From Spirochaetia bacterium (lineage in GTDB: Bacteria; Spirochaetota; Spirochaetia; UBA9216), in the NCBI GenBank assembly GCA_963677925.2, contig CAXXYH010000004.1:1728001-1792000 (forward strand): a stretch of 64,000 nt of DNA, written 5' to 3'. Positions within the stretch are counted from its first letter, which is position 1; each line of letters begins with the position of its first letter. The notes beneath the pieces are model-generated. The model was given only the letters and a program-made list of their open reading frames with translations, was not told where the DNA came from and did not search any database. A program made the translations under genes and the position numbers. Positions 40,586-51,290 of this stretch are shown here, in pieces.

Positions 40586-40589
40586 ACGT

Positions 40590-40662
40590 TAGCAGGGACA
40601 GGATTCGAACCTGCGACCTCCGGGTTATGAGCCCGACGAGCTGCCAGCTGCTCTACCCTGCG
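40590..40662 (-). tRNA. tRNA-fMet (CAT), initiator
   Basis: Full cloverleaf with anticodon CAT, three consecutive G-C pairs in the anticodon stem and a C1:U72 mismatch. CCA is not encoded. TTGACA-17-TATATT lies upstream. Confidence 0.96.
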
Positions 40663-40762
40663 TCGTAGTGTATGAGGAATATAATGGTATTACGGGATTC
40701 TGTCAACCATTTCCTGTAAAAAGAATAAATTAGTTTTTAGAGCTTCTTTAGGCAGTCGAAAA

Positions 40763-41428
40763 TCAGCTGCGGCCGTTTAACAGGTCGGACTGAATCGCCC
40801 GGTTAAGCAGTTTTTTAAGGATTATTCCGCAGATCAGAAGCAGTGGTATAACCAGAAAACTGAGCACCGTTCCTGTGAAAAGGAAGAAATCATACAGCCC
40901 GTGAATTATAACCGCATAAATCAGGCCCGCATACATATCCTTCTTCTGCCTGAACTTACTGAGTCCAATGTAATAACCCATTATTCCCGAAGCAACTGCA
41001 TGCAGCGGAACGGCAGTGAATGCACGAACAAGAACCACTGCAGTTCCTCCGGAGCTGTAGAGTATGTTTTCAAAACAGGCAAAACCCATACTTGCAGTTA
41101 TTGCATATACGACCCCGTCGGTAATCTCATCAAACTGGGGTTTGTTGTAAACAAAGGTTTTAACAACAAGAAGCTTTGTCGTCTCTTCAACAAGAGCCGC
41201 CATTATGAAGGCTCTGGCAAAAATAGCTGTCAGAGGGTCGCTGATATAGGTAAATGGTTCGATGAAATGTTCGATCAGACCGGCGGGAATAACAGAGAAA
41301 AATCCGATGACAAAAACCTTCCAGATCAGTACTGCCGGTTCCGGTTTTTTATCCTTCCGGTAGAAGTAAATCATCAGGAAAACCGCGGGAATAACTGCCA
41401 GAAGTATGTTTACAATTAGAATTGTCAC
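40763..41428 (-). CDS. prsW: PrsW family intramembrane metalloprotease
   Basis: EP, VEETTK, GFACFEN, AVPLH and HGLYD. Confidence 0.9.
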   Translation of the reverse strand: MTILIVNILLAVIPAVFLMIYFYRKDKKPEPAVLIWKVFVIGFFSVIPAGLIEHFIEPFTYISDPLTAIFARAFIMAALVEETTKLLVVKTFVYNKPQFDEITDGVVYAITASMGFACFENILYSSGGTAVVLVRAFTAVPLHAVASGIMGYYIGLSKFRQKKDMYAGLIYAVIIHGLYDFFLFTGTVLSFLVIPLLLICGIILKKLLNRAIQSDLLNGRS

Positions 41429-41528
41429 CTAAGAAACATATTATGCCGTACATGCTTTGTAAAGAACTTTATTAATTATCAAAATAAAATTATTTGACGC
41501 TTTCTGATCTTCTAATTATTTTATCAAT

Positions 41529-44099
41529 ATGAGATACGATAAATTAACTCTTAAAGTACAGGAAGCGCTCCAGGAAGCGGATTCAATTGCAAGAGACTAT
41601 AACCATACCGGGATAGATATACCTCATTTCTTCAAGGCTCTGTTAGAGCAGGAAGGAGGTGTAATCCCGCCCCTCCTTGACCGGATCGGGGCAGACAAGG
41701 CGATAATTCTTTCTGAAATTGAACAGATTCTGGAAAAAACTCCCAAGGTTTACGGCGACAGCGCCCAGGTAGGGCTTGTCCCGGCTTTGAGCAATGTTAT
41801 TGCCCAGGCGGAAAAGGAATCGCATAAACTGAAGGATGAGTTTACCAGCTCCGAACATATCCTGCTGAGCATTCTTGGTACAGACAGTCAGACGGCTGCC
41901 GTTCTTAAAAGAGCTGGCGTAAGCCGTGATGCAGTGCTGGGTTCACTGAAGGCTCTGCGGGGAAACCAGCGCGTAACAGACCAGAACCCGGAAGAAAGAT
42001 ACCAGGTTCTGCAGAAATACTGCAAAGACCTCACAGAATTGGCCAAAAAGGGCAAACTTGATCCGGTAATCGGGCGCGATGAAGAAATTCGCCGCGTAAT
42101 GCAGGTTCTTTCCAGAAGGACAAAGAACAACCCTGTTCTCATCGGAGAACCGGGAGTAGGAAAGACAGCAATAGCTGAGGGCCTTGCAGGCCGGATTATA
42201 TCCGGGGATGTCCCGGACTCTCTCAAGAACAAGAAGCTGCTTGCACTGGATCTTGGTGCCCTCATCGCAGGCGCTAAATTCCGCGGCGAGTTCGAGGAGA
42301 GACTGAAGGCTGTAATTGCAGAGATAGCCGAGGCCGAGGGTGAGATTATCCTCTTTATTGATGAGCTCCATACCCTCGTGGGCGCCGGAGCGGCCGAAGG
42401 ATCTACCGACGCGTCAAACCTTCTGAAGCCCGCACTCGCACGCGGAGAACTTCATGCCGTGGGTGCTACAACCCTCGATGAATACCGCAAGCACATTGAA
42501 AAGGACCCTGCCCTCGAAAGGCGTTTCCAGCCGGTATTCACTAAGGAACCCTCGGTCGAGGACTCAATTTCAATTCTCCGCGGCCTGCAGGAACGCTATG
42601 AAGTACATCACGGTGTAAGAATCAAGGATGAGGCGCTTATTGCCGCCGCCGTTCTTTCCGACCGCTATGTAACATCCAGGTTTCTTCCGGACAAGGCCAT
42701 AGACCTGGTAGATGAGGCTGCAAGCCGGCTTAAGATGGAAATTGAAAGCCAGCCTACCGAACTCGACCAGATTGAGCGCAAGATTCTGCAGCTGAATATT
42801 GAGAAGCAGGCTCTTTCCCGCGAAGATGACGAGGCTTCGGCTGAAAGACTGAAAAATATCGAGAAGGACCTTTCTGAACTCAAAACAAAGCGTGATGTAA
42901 TGTTTCTGCAGTGGCAGAATGAGAAGAATATTATTGACGAGATCCGGGCTCTTAAAGCCGAACTTGAAGAGCTTAAAATCGATGAAGTACGTTACGAGCG
43001 AGAGGGCAACCTCAGCAGGGCTGCTGAAATAAAACATGGTCTCATACCGGGAAAACAGGCCCTTATAAAGGAAAAAAGCGAAGCTCTTGAGGGTCTTCAG
43101 AAGGGGAACAGTCTCCTGCGTGAGGAAGTAGAGGAAGAGGATATCGCTCGTGTTGTTTCAACATGGACCGGCATCCCCGTTTCAAAGATGCTTGCCTCTG
43201 AAATGGAGAAGTATCTTAAGCTTGAAGAGATACTCGAGCAGAGGGTTGTCGGGCAGGATACTGCGATAGAAGCAGTGGCTGATGCTATCCGCCGTAACAA
43301 GACCGGACTGTCGGATGACTCCAGACCCCTTGGTTCATTCATCTTTATAGGTCCGACCGGCGTGGGCAAGACAGAGCTTGCAAAAACCCTGGCCGAGTTC
43401 CTGTTCAGCGATGAGAAGGCTCTTACAAGGATTGATATGAGCGAATACATGGAGAAGTTCTCGGTCTCAAGGCTGATTGGAGCTCCTCCGGGATATGTCG
43501 GTTATGATGAGGGCGGACAGCTGACTGAAGCAGTCAGGAGAAGACCCTATTCTGTTGTCCTTTTCGATGAAATTGAGAAGGCACATCCCGATGTTTTCAA
43601 CATACTCCTTCAGATGCTTGATGACGGACGTCTGACCGACAGTCAGGGCAGGGTAGTGGACTTCCGCAATGCGATCATTATCATGACAAGCAACCTCGGA
43701 AGCGAACTGCTGCTTCAGGCCGATAATCCTGAAGATGTCCGCGGCGATATCGACAGGCTGCTTAAGTCGACTTTCAAGCCTGAGTTCCTCAACCGTATTG
43801 ATGAAATAATATCATTCAAACGGCTTGGTCAGGATCAGATCCATAAGATAGTAAGCATCCAGCTGAAGATTCTGATAAAGAGACTTGAAGATAAGAAGAT
43901 TAGCCTGCAGATAAGTGATGAAGCGGTAGATCTCCTTTCGAAGGAAGGCTTTGACCCGGCTTTCGGTGCAAGACCTCTTAAGCGGACCATTCAGAACCTT
44001 CTACAGAACCCGATGGCAAAGAAAATGCTTGCCGGGGAAATAAAGGAAGGAGACACAGTTAATGTGTCTGTTGCTGACGGAGTTCTTTCGTTCAGCTGA
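41529..44099 (+). CDS. clpB: ATP-dependent disaggregase ClpB
   Basis: Two AAA+ modules ([16 protein letters not shown]) separated by a long coiled-coil M domain. Confidence 0.97.
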   Translation: MRYDKLTLKVQEALQEADSIARDYNHTGIDIPHFFKALLEQEGGVIPPLLDRIGADKAIILSEIEQILEKTPKVYGDSAQVGLVPALSNVIAQAEKESHKLKDEFTSSEHILLSILGTDSQTAAVLKRAGVSRDAVLGSLKALRGNQRVTDQNPEERYQVLQKYCKDLTELAKKGKLDPVIGRDEEIRRVMQVLSRRTKNNPVLIGEPGVGKTAIAEGLAGRIISGDVPDSLKNKKLLALDLGALIAGAKFRGEFEERLKAVIAEIAEAEGEIILFIDELHTLVGAGAAEGSTDASNLLKPALARGELHAVGATTLDEYRKHIEKDPALERRFQPVFTKEPSVEDSISILRGLQERYEVHHGVRIKDEALIAAAVLSDRYVTSRFLPDKAIDLVDEAASRLKMEIESQPTELDQIERKILQLNIEKQALSREDDEASAERLKNIEKDLSELKTKRDVMFLQWQNEKNIIDEIRALKAELEELKIDEVRYEREGNLSRAAEIKHGLIPGKQALIKEKSEALEGLQKGNSLLREEVEEEDIARVVSTWTGIPVSKMLASEMEKYLKLEEILEQRVVGQDTAIEAVADAIRRNKTGLSDDSRPLGSFIFIGPTGVGKTELAKTLAEFLFSDEKALTRIDMSEYMEKFSVSRLIGAPPGYVGYDEGGQLTEAVRRRPYSVVLFDEIEKAHPDVFNILLQMLDDGRLTDSQGRVVDFRNAIIIMTSNLGSELLLQADNPEDVRGDIDRLLKSTFKPEFLNRIDEIISFKRLGQDQIHKIVSIQLKILIKRLEDKKISLQISDEAVDLLSKEGFDPAFGARPLKRTIQNLLQNPMAKKMLAGEIKEGDTVNVSVADGVLSFS

Positions 44100-44118
44100 A
44101 CCATATAATTTAAACTTC

Positions 44119-44150
44119 GAGGCATCGTTTTTACACGGTGCCTTTTTTTT
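44119..44150 (+). terminator. Intrinsic terminator of clpB
   Basis: GAGGCATCGT..ACGGTGCCTT followed by Ts. Confidence 0.8.
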
Positions 44151-44234
44151 ATCTTTATCGATAATTACATATGTGATATCGTTCAGGCATTCAAAATATA
44201 GTCATTGTAATCGTTGAACCGGGGAGGGCTGTTT

Positions 44235-45479
44235 ATGGTCGAAGAAACAAAAGAACTCTGTTCTCTTCTGTGTAAGGGTACGCAGATTTCTTCACTGCAG
44301 GGTATTGCCGACCTTGCTTATGAAGTTCTTGGAAACCCGGTTTTTATAGAGGACAGGGCTCAGGTCAAGCTTGCATATTCTAAAAATGTACAGATAGAAG
44401 ACCCTTCATGGAGGCAGACTATCATCGATGAGGGAGGGCAGCAGCCTCTAAGGCAGGCGCAGCTTAAAGAGGTTGAATCAGCCCATATGGGTTCAATAAA
44501 AAGCCATCTTCCGGTGATAGTTGAAGACAGCCATCTGCCTATACCCAGGCTTATAAAGACCCTCACTGTGGGCGGTGTTCATGTAGGCACAATGATTTCG
44601 CCGGCCTACTGCAGACCTTTCAAGGAGGAGGATATTGAACTGATGGAGATCCTCTCCTATTATGCCATCGTTCAGCTTCAGCGCCGAAATTATAATATCT
44701 CTTCAAACAAAAAATCCGTTGAAAACTTTCTGATTCGTCTGCTTAATAACGAAAAAGTTCCAGGCGAGGCTATGCAGGAATATATTAAAATTCTTGACTG
44801 GAACAGCAGGCCCTATAATTACGTGATAGTTATCTGTTCGCGCGATGATAAGGAAACTGCGCCTATAAAAGATATTATTCACGCCTTCCATTATACAAAC
44901 TGCTGCCGAACCATGATTTACAATAACCTGATCGTCAGGGTTTATAACTCCGAGAACTGGATAAGCGACTGGGAGAATGAGGATCCGGGGATGACTGATG
45001 TATTGAAAAAGCATAACCTTATTGCCGGAATAAGCAGGAGTTTTCCTGATCTAAGCGAGCTATACGACCATTTTCAGCAGGCTCGATGTATGCTTGATGT
45101 TGCATCTACCCTTAAGAACGGCAGCCTGTATTTTGCCTATAACGAGAATTCCATTTACCATATGTTCGATACAGCCTCAGGGCTCTACGATTTAAAGCAG
45201 TTCTGCCACCGGAAAATACTCGCTCTTGAAGACTATGATATCAAACATAAGACTGATCTTGTTCCGACTCTGCATATGTATCTCGAGTCTTTGCGGAGTA
45301 TTTCAAAAACCGCGGAAATAATGAAGATTCACCGGAATACCGTATCCTACCGCATAAACAGGTGCCTTGAACTGCTTGATACCAGGATTGATGAAGGAAA
45401 TGAAATGTTTTCGTTTATTTTCTCATTAAGGATACTGGAATACAGCAATAAAAAAAGGGGCCAGGCGGCCCCGTTTTAG
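44235..45479 (+). CDS. PucR/CdaR family transcriptional regulator
   Basis: C-terminal DLVPTLHMYL..TAEIMKIHRNTVSYRI, AGIS, and a GAF-like N-terminal region. Confidence 0.9.
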   Translation: MVEETKELCSLLCKGTQISSLQGIADLAYEVLGNPVFIEDRAQVKLAYSKNVQIEDPSWRQTIIDEGGQQPLRQAQLKEVESAHMGSIKSHLPVIVEDSHLPIPRLIKTLTVGGVHVGTMISPAYCRPFKEEDIELMEILSYYAIVQLQRRNYNISSNKKSVENFLIRLLNNEKVPGEAMQEYIKILDWNSRPYNYVIVICSRDDKETAPIKDIIHAFHYTNCCRTMIYNNLIVRVYNSENWISDWENEDPGMTDVLKKHNLIAGISRSFPDLSELYDHFQQARCMLDVASTLKNGSLYFAYNENSIYHMFDTASGLYDLKQFCHRKILALEDYDIKHKTDLVPTLHMYLESLRSISKTAEIMKIHRNTVSYRINRCLELLDTRIDEGNEMFSFIFSLRILEYSNKKRGQAAPF

Positions 45480-45525
45480 GGTGGAAGCTGTGCCGATTAA
45501 TCGATACAGCAAATTGATAATTTAA

Positions 45526-46938
45526 TTATTCAGCTGATATCAGGAAGCTGTCGATTGAAGCCGCTGCTTCTTTTCCTTCCGCAACTCCCCATATAACCAT
45601 GCTCTGGCCGCGTCTTGCATCGCCGCAGGCAAACACCTTCTCAACACCTGTGCTGTAGGTTTCTTCATCAGCAGAGATATTTCCCCGGTCATCAGTTTTT
45701 ATACCAAGCTCTTTCAGGATTCCGGTATCAGGACCGGTGAACCCCATGGCTGTAATGACCATATCAGCCTTCCAGGTTTTTTCTGTACCTTCGGAATCCT
45801 TTGTTTTTACAGCCTCAACAGTTCCGTCCGGTGTCTTAATAATTTCCTCAGTGAAAATGCTGTAAATTCTCGGGTCTTCATGGAATTTGCTGACGGCTTC
45901 CTCCTGACTGTATTCTGTCTTGAAGATCTTAGGCCATTCCTTCCATGGAAGCTTTTCTGTTCCGGGAGCCGCATCCGGCTTCGGGCTTATTTCAAACTGG
46001 TAAACTGAGGCGGCTCCCTGACGGACAGCAGTCCCCAGACAGTCTGTCCCTGTGTCGCCGGCACCTATTATTATTACATTCTTACCTTCAGCATTCAGCA
46101 CAGGATCAATCACATACCCGTCTTCAAGAGCATTCTTTGTGCCGGCTTTTAGGTATTCAACTGCAGGAATAATCCCCTCAGCATCGCTGCCGGGAACCTG
46201 AAGCTTTCTGTTTTCTGCAGTTCCAATTGCAACAAGTACAGCATCAAAATCCTTAAGTACATCCGCTGCTGAAACATCCTTTGAGACTTCAGTCCCGCAA
46301 CTAAATTTAACGCCGAACTTTTTCATAAGGTCAAAACGTTTTGTAAGAAGTTGCTTATCAAGCTTCATGTTCGGAATTCCGTACATCATCAGCCCGCCGG
46401 GTTCTTCCTGCTTTTCAAATACAGTTACTGAATGGCCCTTCCTCATAAGATCCCATGCTGCTGATATTCCTGCAGGACCGGCTCCTATGACGGCGACCTT
46501 TTTCCCTGTTGAGAGGGCAATTTTTATTCCGTTATTCTTACCTGCATATTTGTCAGCCAGAAAGCGTTCAAGCCCTCCAATGCTGACAGGTTCATGCTTT
46601 ATACCCCTGGAGCATTCGCTCTCGCACTGTTTTGACTGATCGCAGACCCTGCTGCAGACCTCAGGCAGTGGACTGTTTGAATTAAGCAGTTCCCATGCTC
46701 CGTCGAAGTCTTTTTCGCCTATTTTCTTATTTATTTCCGGAATCGGATTATGTATTGGACAGTTCGCAGCGCAGTACTGTCCCGGACAGTTCATGCACCT
46801 TAGAGCTTCCGTCACTGCCAGCTCTGCAGTATATCCGGTTTTAATCTCATTATAATTATCAATTCTGGCAGACGGTGCCTGAGCCGGCATTGCAGTTTTC
46901 TGCGGTGTCATGTCAGGTTTTCTTATGTTTGTACTCAT
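45526..46938 (-). CDS. GltD-like NAD(P)H:flavin Fe-S oxidoreductase (no gltB partner in the window)
   Basis: EALRCMNC..C...CP, PEVCSRVC, VIGAGPAG, IGAGDTGTDC and ACGDARRGQS. Confidence 0.88.
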   Translation of the reverse strand: MSTNIRKPDMTPQKTAMPAQAPSARIDNYNEIKTGYTAELAVTEALRCMNCPGQYCAANCPIHNPIPEINKKIGEKDFDGAWELLNSNSPLPEVCSRVCDQSKQCESECSRGIKHEPVSIGGLERFLADKYAGKNNGIKIALSTGKKVAVIGAGPAGISAAWDLMRKGHSVTVFEKQEEPGGLMMYGIPNMKLDKQLLTKRFDLMKKFGVKFSCGTEVSKDVSAADVLKDFDAVLVAIGTAENRKLQVPGSDAEGIIPAVEYLKAGTKNALEDGYVIDPVLNAEGKNVIIIGAGDTGTDCLGTAVRQGAASVYQFEISPKPDAAPGTEKLPWKEWPKIFKTEYSQEEAVSKFHEDPRIYSIFTEEIIKTPDGTVEAVKTKDSEGTEKTWKADMVITAMGFTGPDTGILKELGIKTDDRGNISADEETYSTGVEKVFACGDARRGQSMVIWGVAEGKEAAASIDSFLISAE

Positions 46939-46949
46939 TGCTTTCCTCT

Positions 46950-48656
46950 TTATTTATTCAGCTTATCTATGTATTCAGACGCATTTCCGCCGGACAGATA
47001 TGATGAGGCTGTAGCCCATGTCAGTTCAGAAATCGGAGCAAGCTCACCCTGCATATGCATAGCTGATGTGGCATCGCCTACACCGTAGAGTCCGGGAATA
47101 ACAGAGCCGTCCTCCCTTGTCACTTCACACTTCGTGTTTACCCTCAGACCGCCGAAGGCTCCTTCAGAAAAGCGCTGTCCGTAAATAGCGTAGTAGGGTC
47201 CTGAGCTTTCAAGTTCAATGAGATTTTTTTCAGTCTTTCCAAAATCCTCATCCTTGCCGGCTTTGCAGAATCCGTTATATTTTTCTATGGTTTCCGTCAG
47301 TTTTGAAGGTTCCACTCCAAGCTTTTCCGCCAGTTCTTCTATAGTATCTGCCTTGTATACCGGCGGTTTCGGTAAGGCAATTTCTTCATCAAGATCCTGC
47401 TGATAGCACTCATAAACAAATTTTTCCTTAGCCAGAGCCGGATCGTTCAGATACTGATTAGCAATCCTGTCTATTCCTGCCTGACTGTAGATCCCCCAGG
47501 TGATTTCCTTTGGCTGATCCTTAATTGTGAATCTTCCTGTCATCAGTCCGCCGGTTTCATCCTGCCAGCGTTCCCCGTTAAGATTAATCCAGACGCTTGT
47601 CGGGTGTTCAAGAATTCTGTAAAGACAGTAGCTGAACGGATGGTGGGCCGGTCCGAAGGTGGATACGAACATGCGCTGCGGATCAGGCTCTACGCCGAGT
47701 TCCTGCAGCATATCAATTGCATCTCCGGTGTCTGAAGGCACTGAAAAGCGGTGTATCGGTGTCTCACAGTCGAAGAAGTTGAAATACTTCTGCAGCTTTT
47801 CGTCGCTTCTTCCCATTCCGCCGGTGGCAAGAACAACGGCTTTAGCCTTGATATTGATAATTCCGCCGGCATCTTCGGCTGTTACGCCGGTTACTGTTCC
47901 GCTCTCATCAACAGTCAGATGTTTTGCAGCGGTTTCGGTCATTATCTCAACATCGAGCTTCTGCTCCCGTATTGTCTTAAACATCTGGTACTTTATGAAT
48001 GTTCCTGCCCAGCCGGGGCCTATAGCTGGATCCCTGCAGAGCAGGTTGTGATACATTCTGTCCGGAAAAACGATCATTGCCGATGTGTACATCGGGCCGA
48101 CATTTCTCTGTGAACCCAGAGATACTATATCAAAATGCTTTTCTGTATCAGGAAACTGTAGAAGCCAGTCAAAGAACTCTCCGGATGTATATACTGCAGT
48201 TTCTATCAGTTCTTTTTCAATCTTTTTGCCTGATCTGTTCCAGAATTCTTCAACTGCATCAACCCTGACATCTTCAAAGTTGTTTCTTTTATGAAGTTCG
48301 GTGTATACAGGAAAGAACATATGGGCGTAGTCAGTGTTTCCGCCTGTCTTTTTTGATTTTTCCAGAACTATAACCTTTTTGCCTGTCTGAGCGGCTCTAA
48401 CTGCTGCGATCATTCCGGTACCGGATCCGCAGACAACAAGGTCGCATTCCATATCAATGGGTTCGTGTTTCTCTATTATAATCTCTGCATCAACATCTTT
48501 TATGCTTGCTGTATGACAGAGCTTTTCGCATAACCCGCATTCAACGCATATGTCCTGATCTATTTCATACTTAAGACCTGCATAGTTTATGGCCTGCATG
48601 GGGCATTCCATCGCACAGTTGTGGCAGCCGACACAGGTATCCGCAATTTTGTACAT
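46950..48656 (-). CDS. FAD-dependent oxidoreductase (Frd/FAD_binding_2 superfamily) with an N-terminal 2x[4Fe-4S] ferredoxin
   Basis: CVGCHNCAMECP and CVECGLCEKLC, then VVCGSGTG, VVLATGG, DTGD and GLYGVGD. Start MYKIAD after AGGAGA. Confidence 0.87.
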   Translation of the reverse strand: MYKIADTCVGCHNCAMECPMQAINYAGLKYEIDQDICVECGLCEKLCHTASIKDVDAEIIIEKHEPIDMECDLVVCGSGTGMIAAVRAAQTGKKVIVLEKSKKTGGNTDYAHMFFPVYTELHKRNNFEDVRVDAVEEFWNRSGKKIEKELIETAVYTSGEFFDWLLQFPDTEKHFDIVSLGSQRNVGPMYTSAMIVFPDRMYHNLLCRDPAIGPGWAGTFIKYQMFKTIREQKLDVEIMTETAAKHLTVDESGTVTGVTAEDAGGIINIKAKAVVLATGGMGRSDEKLQKYFNFFDCETPIHRFSVPSDTGDAIDMLQELGVEPDPQRMFVSTFGPAHHPFSYCLYRILEHPTSVWINLNGERWQDETGGLMTGRFTIKDQPKEITWGIYSQAGIDRIANQYLNDPALAKEKFVYECYQQDLDEEIALPKPPVYKADTIEELAEKLGVEPSKLTETIEKYNGFCKAGKDEDFGKTEKNLIELESSGPYYAIYGQRFSEGAFGGLRVNTKCEVTREDGSVIPGLYGVGDATSAMHMQGELAPISELTWATASSYLSGGNASEYIDKLNK

Positions 48657-48724
48657 TGTATAAAGTCTCCTATTCAGTGTACTGCCATTATAGTGGACAC
48701 TTGAAAGGCAGACATCATGCCCCG

Positions 48725-48827
48725 AGCACAAATTCCGGGAGCTTTTTGTGCTGAGATGTGATATAAAGGCAGGGCCGCAATCTGTTTAATGCTTCCGGAT
48801 ACTCCGATTTGGTCTTGGCGCACAAAT
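48725..48827. promoter_or_regulatory. Candidate PucR-family operator sites
   Basis: Inverted pair AGCACAAA (48725) and TTTGTGCT (48745), plus a third GCACAAAT near 48820, in the divergent intergenic region. Confidence 0.45.
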
Positions 48828-48986
48828 CATCAGGTTTTTTTGTTCTTCCGTCATGTAGATAAGTAAATATCGGGATTTTATAATGGGCATCAATATCAAT
48901 AAAAGCATTAATGCCTAGTTAGTATCTGGTTAAATAGTATACGGATTACCGGGGCGGATGTCTTTTAAAAAGAATAGGAGGGCTAT

Positions 48987-50342
48987 ATGTCTATAGCACT
49001 ATCAGTATTTGGAGTCCTGTTAGGGTTTGTTATGCTCATTCTCCTGACATACAAGGGACTGCATCTTTCCTGGGTATCAATAATCGTCGCCCTGATTTTG
49101 ATGATCACCAGCGGACTTGCAATCGGCAAATCCTGGGATGAAACAATCAACAAGGGTATCGGAATGATGGCAGGAACGCTTATACCGCTGTTCCTGGCGG
49201 GCGCAACGTTCGGAAAAATCGTATCAGTCAGCGGTGCGGCGGATTCTTTCGCCAAAACAGTACTCCGTGCACTTACCGGAAACCTTTCAGCACCTAAAAA
49301 AAGACTGGTAGGCGCTTTCCTCATTATCCTTATGGGTGTCCTTATGGCCTATGCGGGTATTGATAACTTTGCAATTCTTTTCACACAGATAGCAATTGCG
49401 GCAAGTATCATGCATGAGGTAAACATCCCCCGTCGTTTTATTGCGGTTCTTATCATCCTCGGTTCAACCGTAGGCGGTGCGCTTCCTGGTACTCCGTCAA
49501 TCATCAATATATTTGCTGTTCAGTTCCTTGTAGATACAAGCGCTATGGCTGCTCCGGCAATTGCAATCACAGGCGGTCTGTTCATTCTGGTTGCATCCCT
49601 CTGGGGAATGTCAAGAATGTGGGAAAAAGATGTTGCTGCAGGTCAGAATTTTGAGTTCGGCCCTCTTTCCCAGGCAAGGTTTGAAGAAAAGAACCTTCCC
49701 CCCTGGTTCTTTATCCTTATTCCTACAGCCGCAATCTTCGTATGTTTTAATATTCTTCACCTCAGCCCCTTCTTCTCACTTCTTGTAGGTGTCGGTATTT
49801 CAGTTCTCCTGTTCTACCCGTACATGCCTTATAATGAGGAATCAGGAAAGAGCAAACCTATTGCAAAACTCAACAAGCTTGTTGAACAGTTCAACAGCGG
49901 TGCTGAAATTGCAGGTATTCCGGTTATCATCCTTATCAACATGGCTCTTGGACAGCTTATCTCATCAACTCCGGCTTTCGGTTGGATGGTACAGGGAATC
50001 GGCGGAATGCAGGGCTCGATCAGTCCCTATATTCTCTTTGCAGTTCTTTCAATCCTGATAATCGGTATTTCAGCCTCAATGTCCGGGCTTATCGTTATGT
50101 TCAACCTTGCTCATGACCTTTTTATTCCGGTTATGGGAATCAGCGCTATTGCTGCGCACAGAATTGTTGCATTCTCAGGCTTTGTTCTTGATACCCTTCC
50201 GTTTGGAACAATGGTTGTTGCAATAATGCTTCTTACCGGTATCAAGCAGAAAGAAGGTTATCCGCCAATCCTCTTTTCAACAGTCGGTGTTACAGCAGTA
50301 GCCACAGTGATAGTTACTATCATGGCTATGATAATGTACTAG
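48987..50342 (+). CDS. GntP/IT-superfamily organic-acid permease
   Basis: About 12 TM segments, FLAGATFGK..SGAA, LPGTPSIIN and LDTLP. Confidence 0.85.
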   Translation: MSIALSVFGVLLGFVMLILLTYKGLHLSWVSIIVALILMITSGLAIGKSWDETINKGIGMMAGTLIPLFLAGATFGKIVSVSGAADSFAKTVLRALTGNLSAPKKRLVGAFLIILMGVLMAYAGIDNFAILFTQIAIAASIMHEVNIPRRFIAVLIILGSTVGGALPGTPSIINIFAVQFLVDTSAMAAPAIAITGGLFILVASLWGMSRMWEKDVAAGQNFEFGPLSQARFEEKNLPPWFFILIPTAAIFVCFNILHLSPFFSLLVGVGISVLLFYPYMPYNEESGKSKPIAKLNKLVEQFNSGAEIAGIPVIILINMALGQLISSTPAFGWMVQGIGGMQGSISPYILFAVLSILIIGISASMSGLIVMFNLAHDLFIPVMGISAIAAHRIVAFSGFVLDTLPFGTMVVAIMLLTGIKQKEGYPPILFSTVGVTAVATVIVTIMAMIMY

Positions 50343-50359
50343 ACCGGAGATAATAAAAT

Positions 50360-51265
50360 ATGAGAAGTTTTGCGGATATATTATTTCAGTCGATGATCAA
50401 ACAGAACCCTGACCTCCTTCCGCTTGCGGATACATACGCTGCAACCGAGAATGGAAAACCCGGAGCTCTTGTAATGATGAGCTGCTGGAGCAGTGTTACA
50501 GGGCTGAATTATATAGCGCAATTCTTCTCAGATTCTGAAACCGGACAGCTGTTTGTCACAGCAAACCTTGATGAATCTGGAAAACAGGCAATCTTTTTCG
50601 GAAGGCTGAAGATAGAGGACGGGCTTATCGGCGAACTGGAGCTTTATATAGTCCGTTCACGGGTTGAGGCCGGATTTGTTTTCCTGCCAGAAGAAATGAA
50701 AAAAATTCCGCAGCAGTGGACAGCTGATGTCCCGGCAGGTCAGAAAGCCTCACGCGAAGAACTTCTTGCTGTAGGGAATGCTGTTTTTGACGGAAGTTCC
50801 GGTGAGCAGTTCGAAGCTTCTGAACAAAGTGTTCTTATGGAAATGGGCGGGATAGTCTATGAAGATCCGGACTACCTGGAAGCAATTATGGATGAAAAGG
50901 CGGCCTCTGAAGCCCCTGTCACCATTCCTGCGTCATTTATTCCGGGACGTCCTTCTGATCCCGATGCACGTGTTCTAATTGCTGATGTAGAGCAGGGGGT
51001 TGTAATCAGTTTCGGTGTAGTTTCAGGTTTTGTTTCAGCCTATATCGTGCCGGGAGCAACAGCTTCCTGTTTTGTCCCTGCCTGTATGATTGATATGCAT
51101 CGGAAAACAGTTGAAGCTGCCGATAAAACCGGCAGGAAAATCCTGAAGGAAATGCCGGCAGCCGGTCTTACAGCTGAGATCGTATGTTTTCATTCCGGCC
51201 AGATTCAGGGAATCCACCGGTACGTCAGTGTTCAGGCTCCGGGTGTTGTTTCCTCCTGGGTTTGA
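50360..51265 (+). CDS. Hypothetical cytoplasmic protein, possibly tandem NTF2/SnoaL-like domains
   Basis: Two related halves (ATENG..SDSETGQ..RLKIEDGLIGELE and LMEMG..ADVEQGV..EIVCFHSGQIQGIH). GGAG RBS. Confidence 0.6.
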   Translation: MRSFADILFQSMIKQNPDLLPLADTYAATENGKPGALVMMSCWSSVTGLNYIAQFFSDSETGQLFVTANLDESGKQAIFFGRLKIEDGLIGELELYIVRSRVEAGFVFLPEEMKKIPQQWTADVPAGQKASREELLAVGNAVFDGSSGEQFEASEQSVLMEMGGIVYEDPDYLEAIMDEKAASEAPVTIPASFIPGRPSDPDARVLIADVEQGVVISFGVVSGFVSAYIVPGATASCFVPACMIDMHRKTVEAADKTGRKILKEMPAAGLTAEIVCFHSGQIQGIHRYVSVQAPGVVSSWV

Positions 51266-51290
51266 AAAATAAATAGAATTATTCAGTATC

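Noticed and set aside
27000-40662. Genomic island integrated at tRNA-fMet
   Set aside because: I saw no integrase, no duplicated tRNA 3' end and no mobility genes.
45526-46938. Calling this gene glutamate synthase gltD
   Set aside because: There is no gltB in the window and it is coupled to a different flavoprotein, so the symbol is withheld.
48657-48731. ORF-track N-terminal extension of the flavoprotein
   Set aside because: The AGGAGA RBS and the ferredoxin domain boundary put the start at 48656.
48815-48832. TTGGCGCAC as a sigma54 -24 box
   Set aside because: There is no GC at the -12 position.
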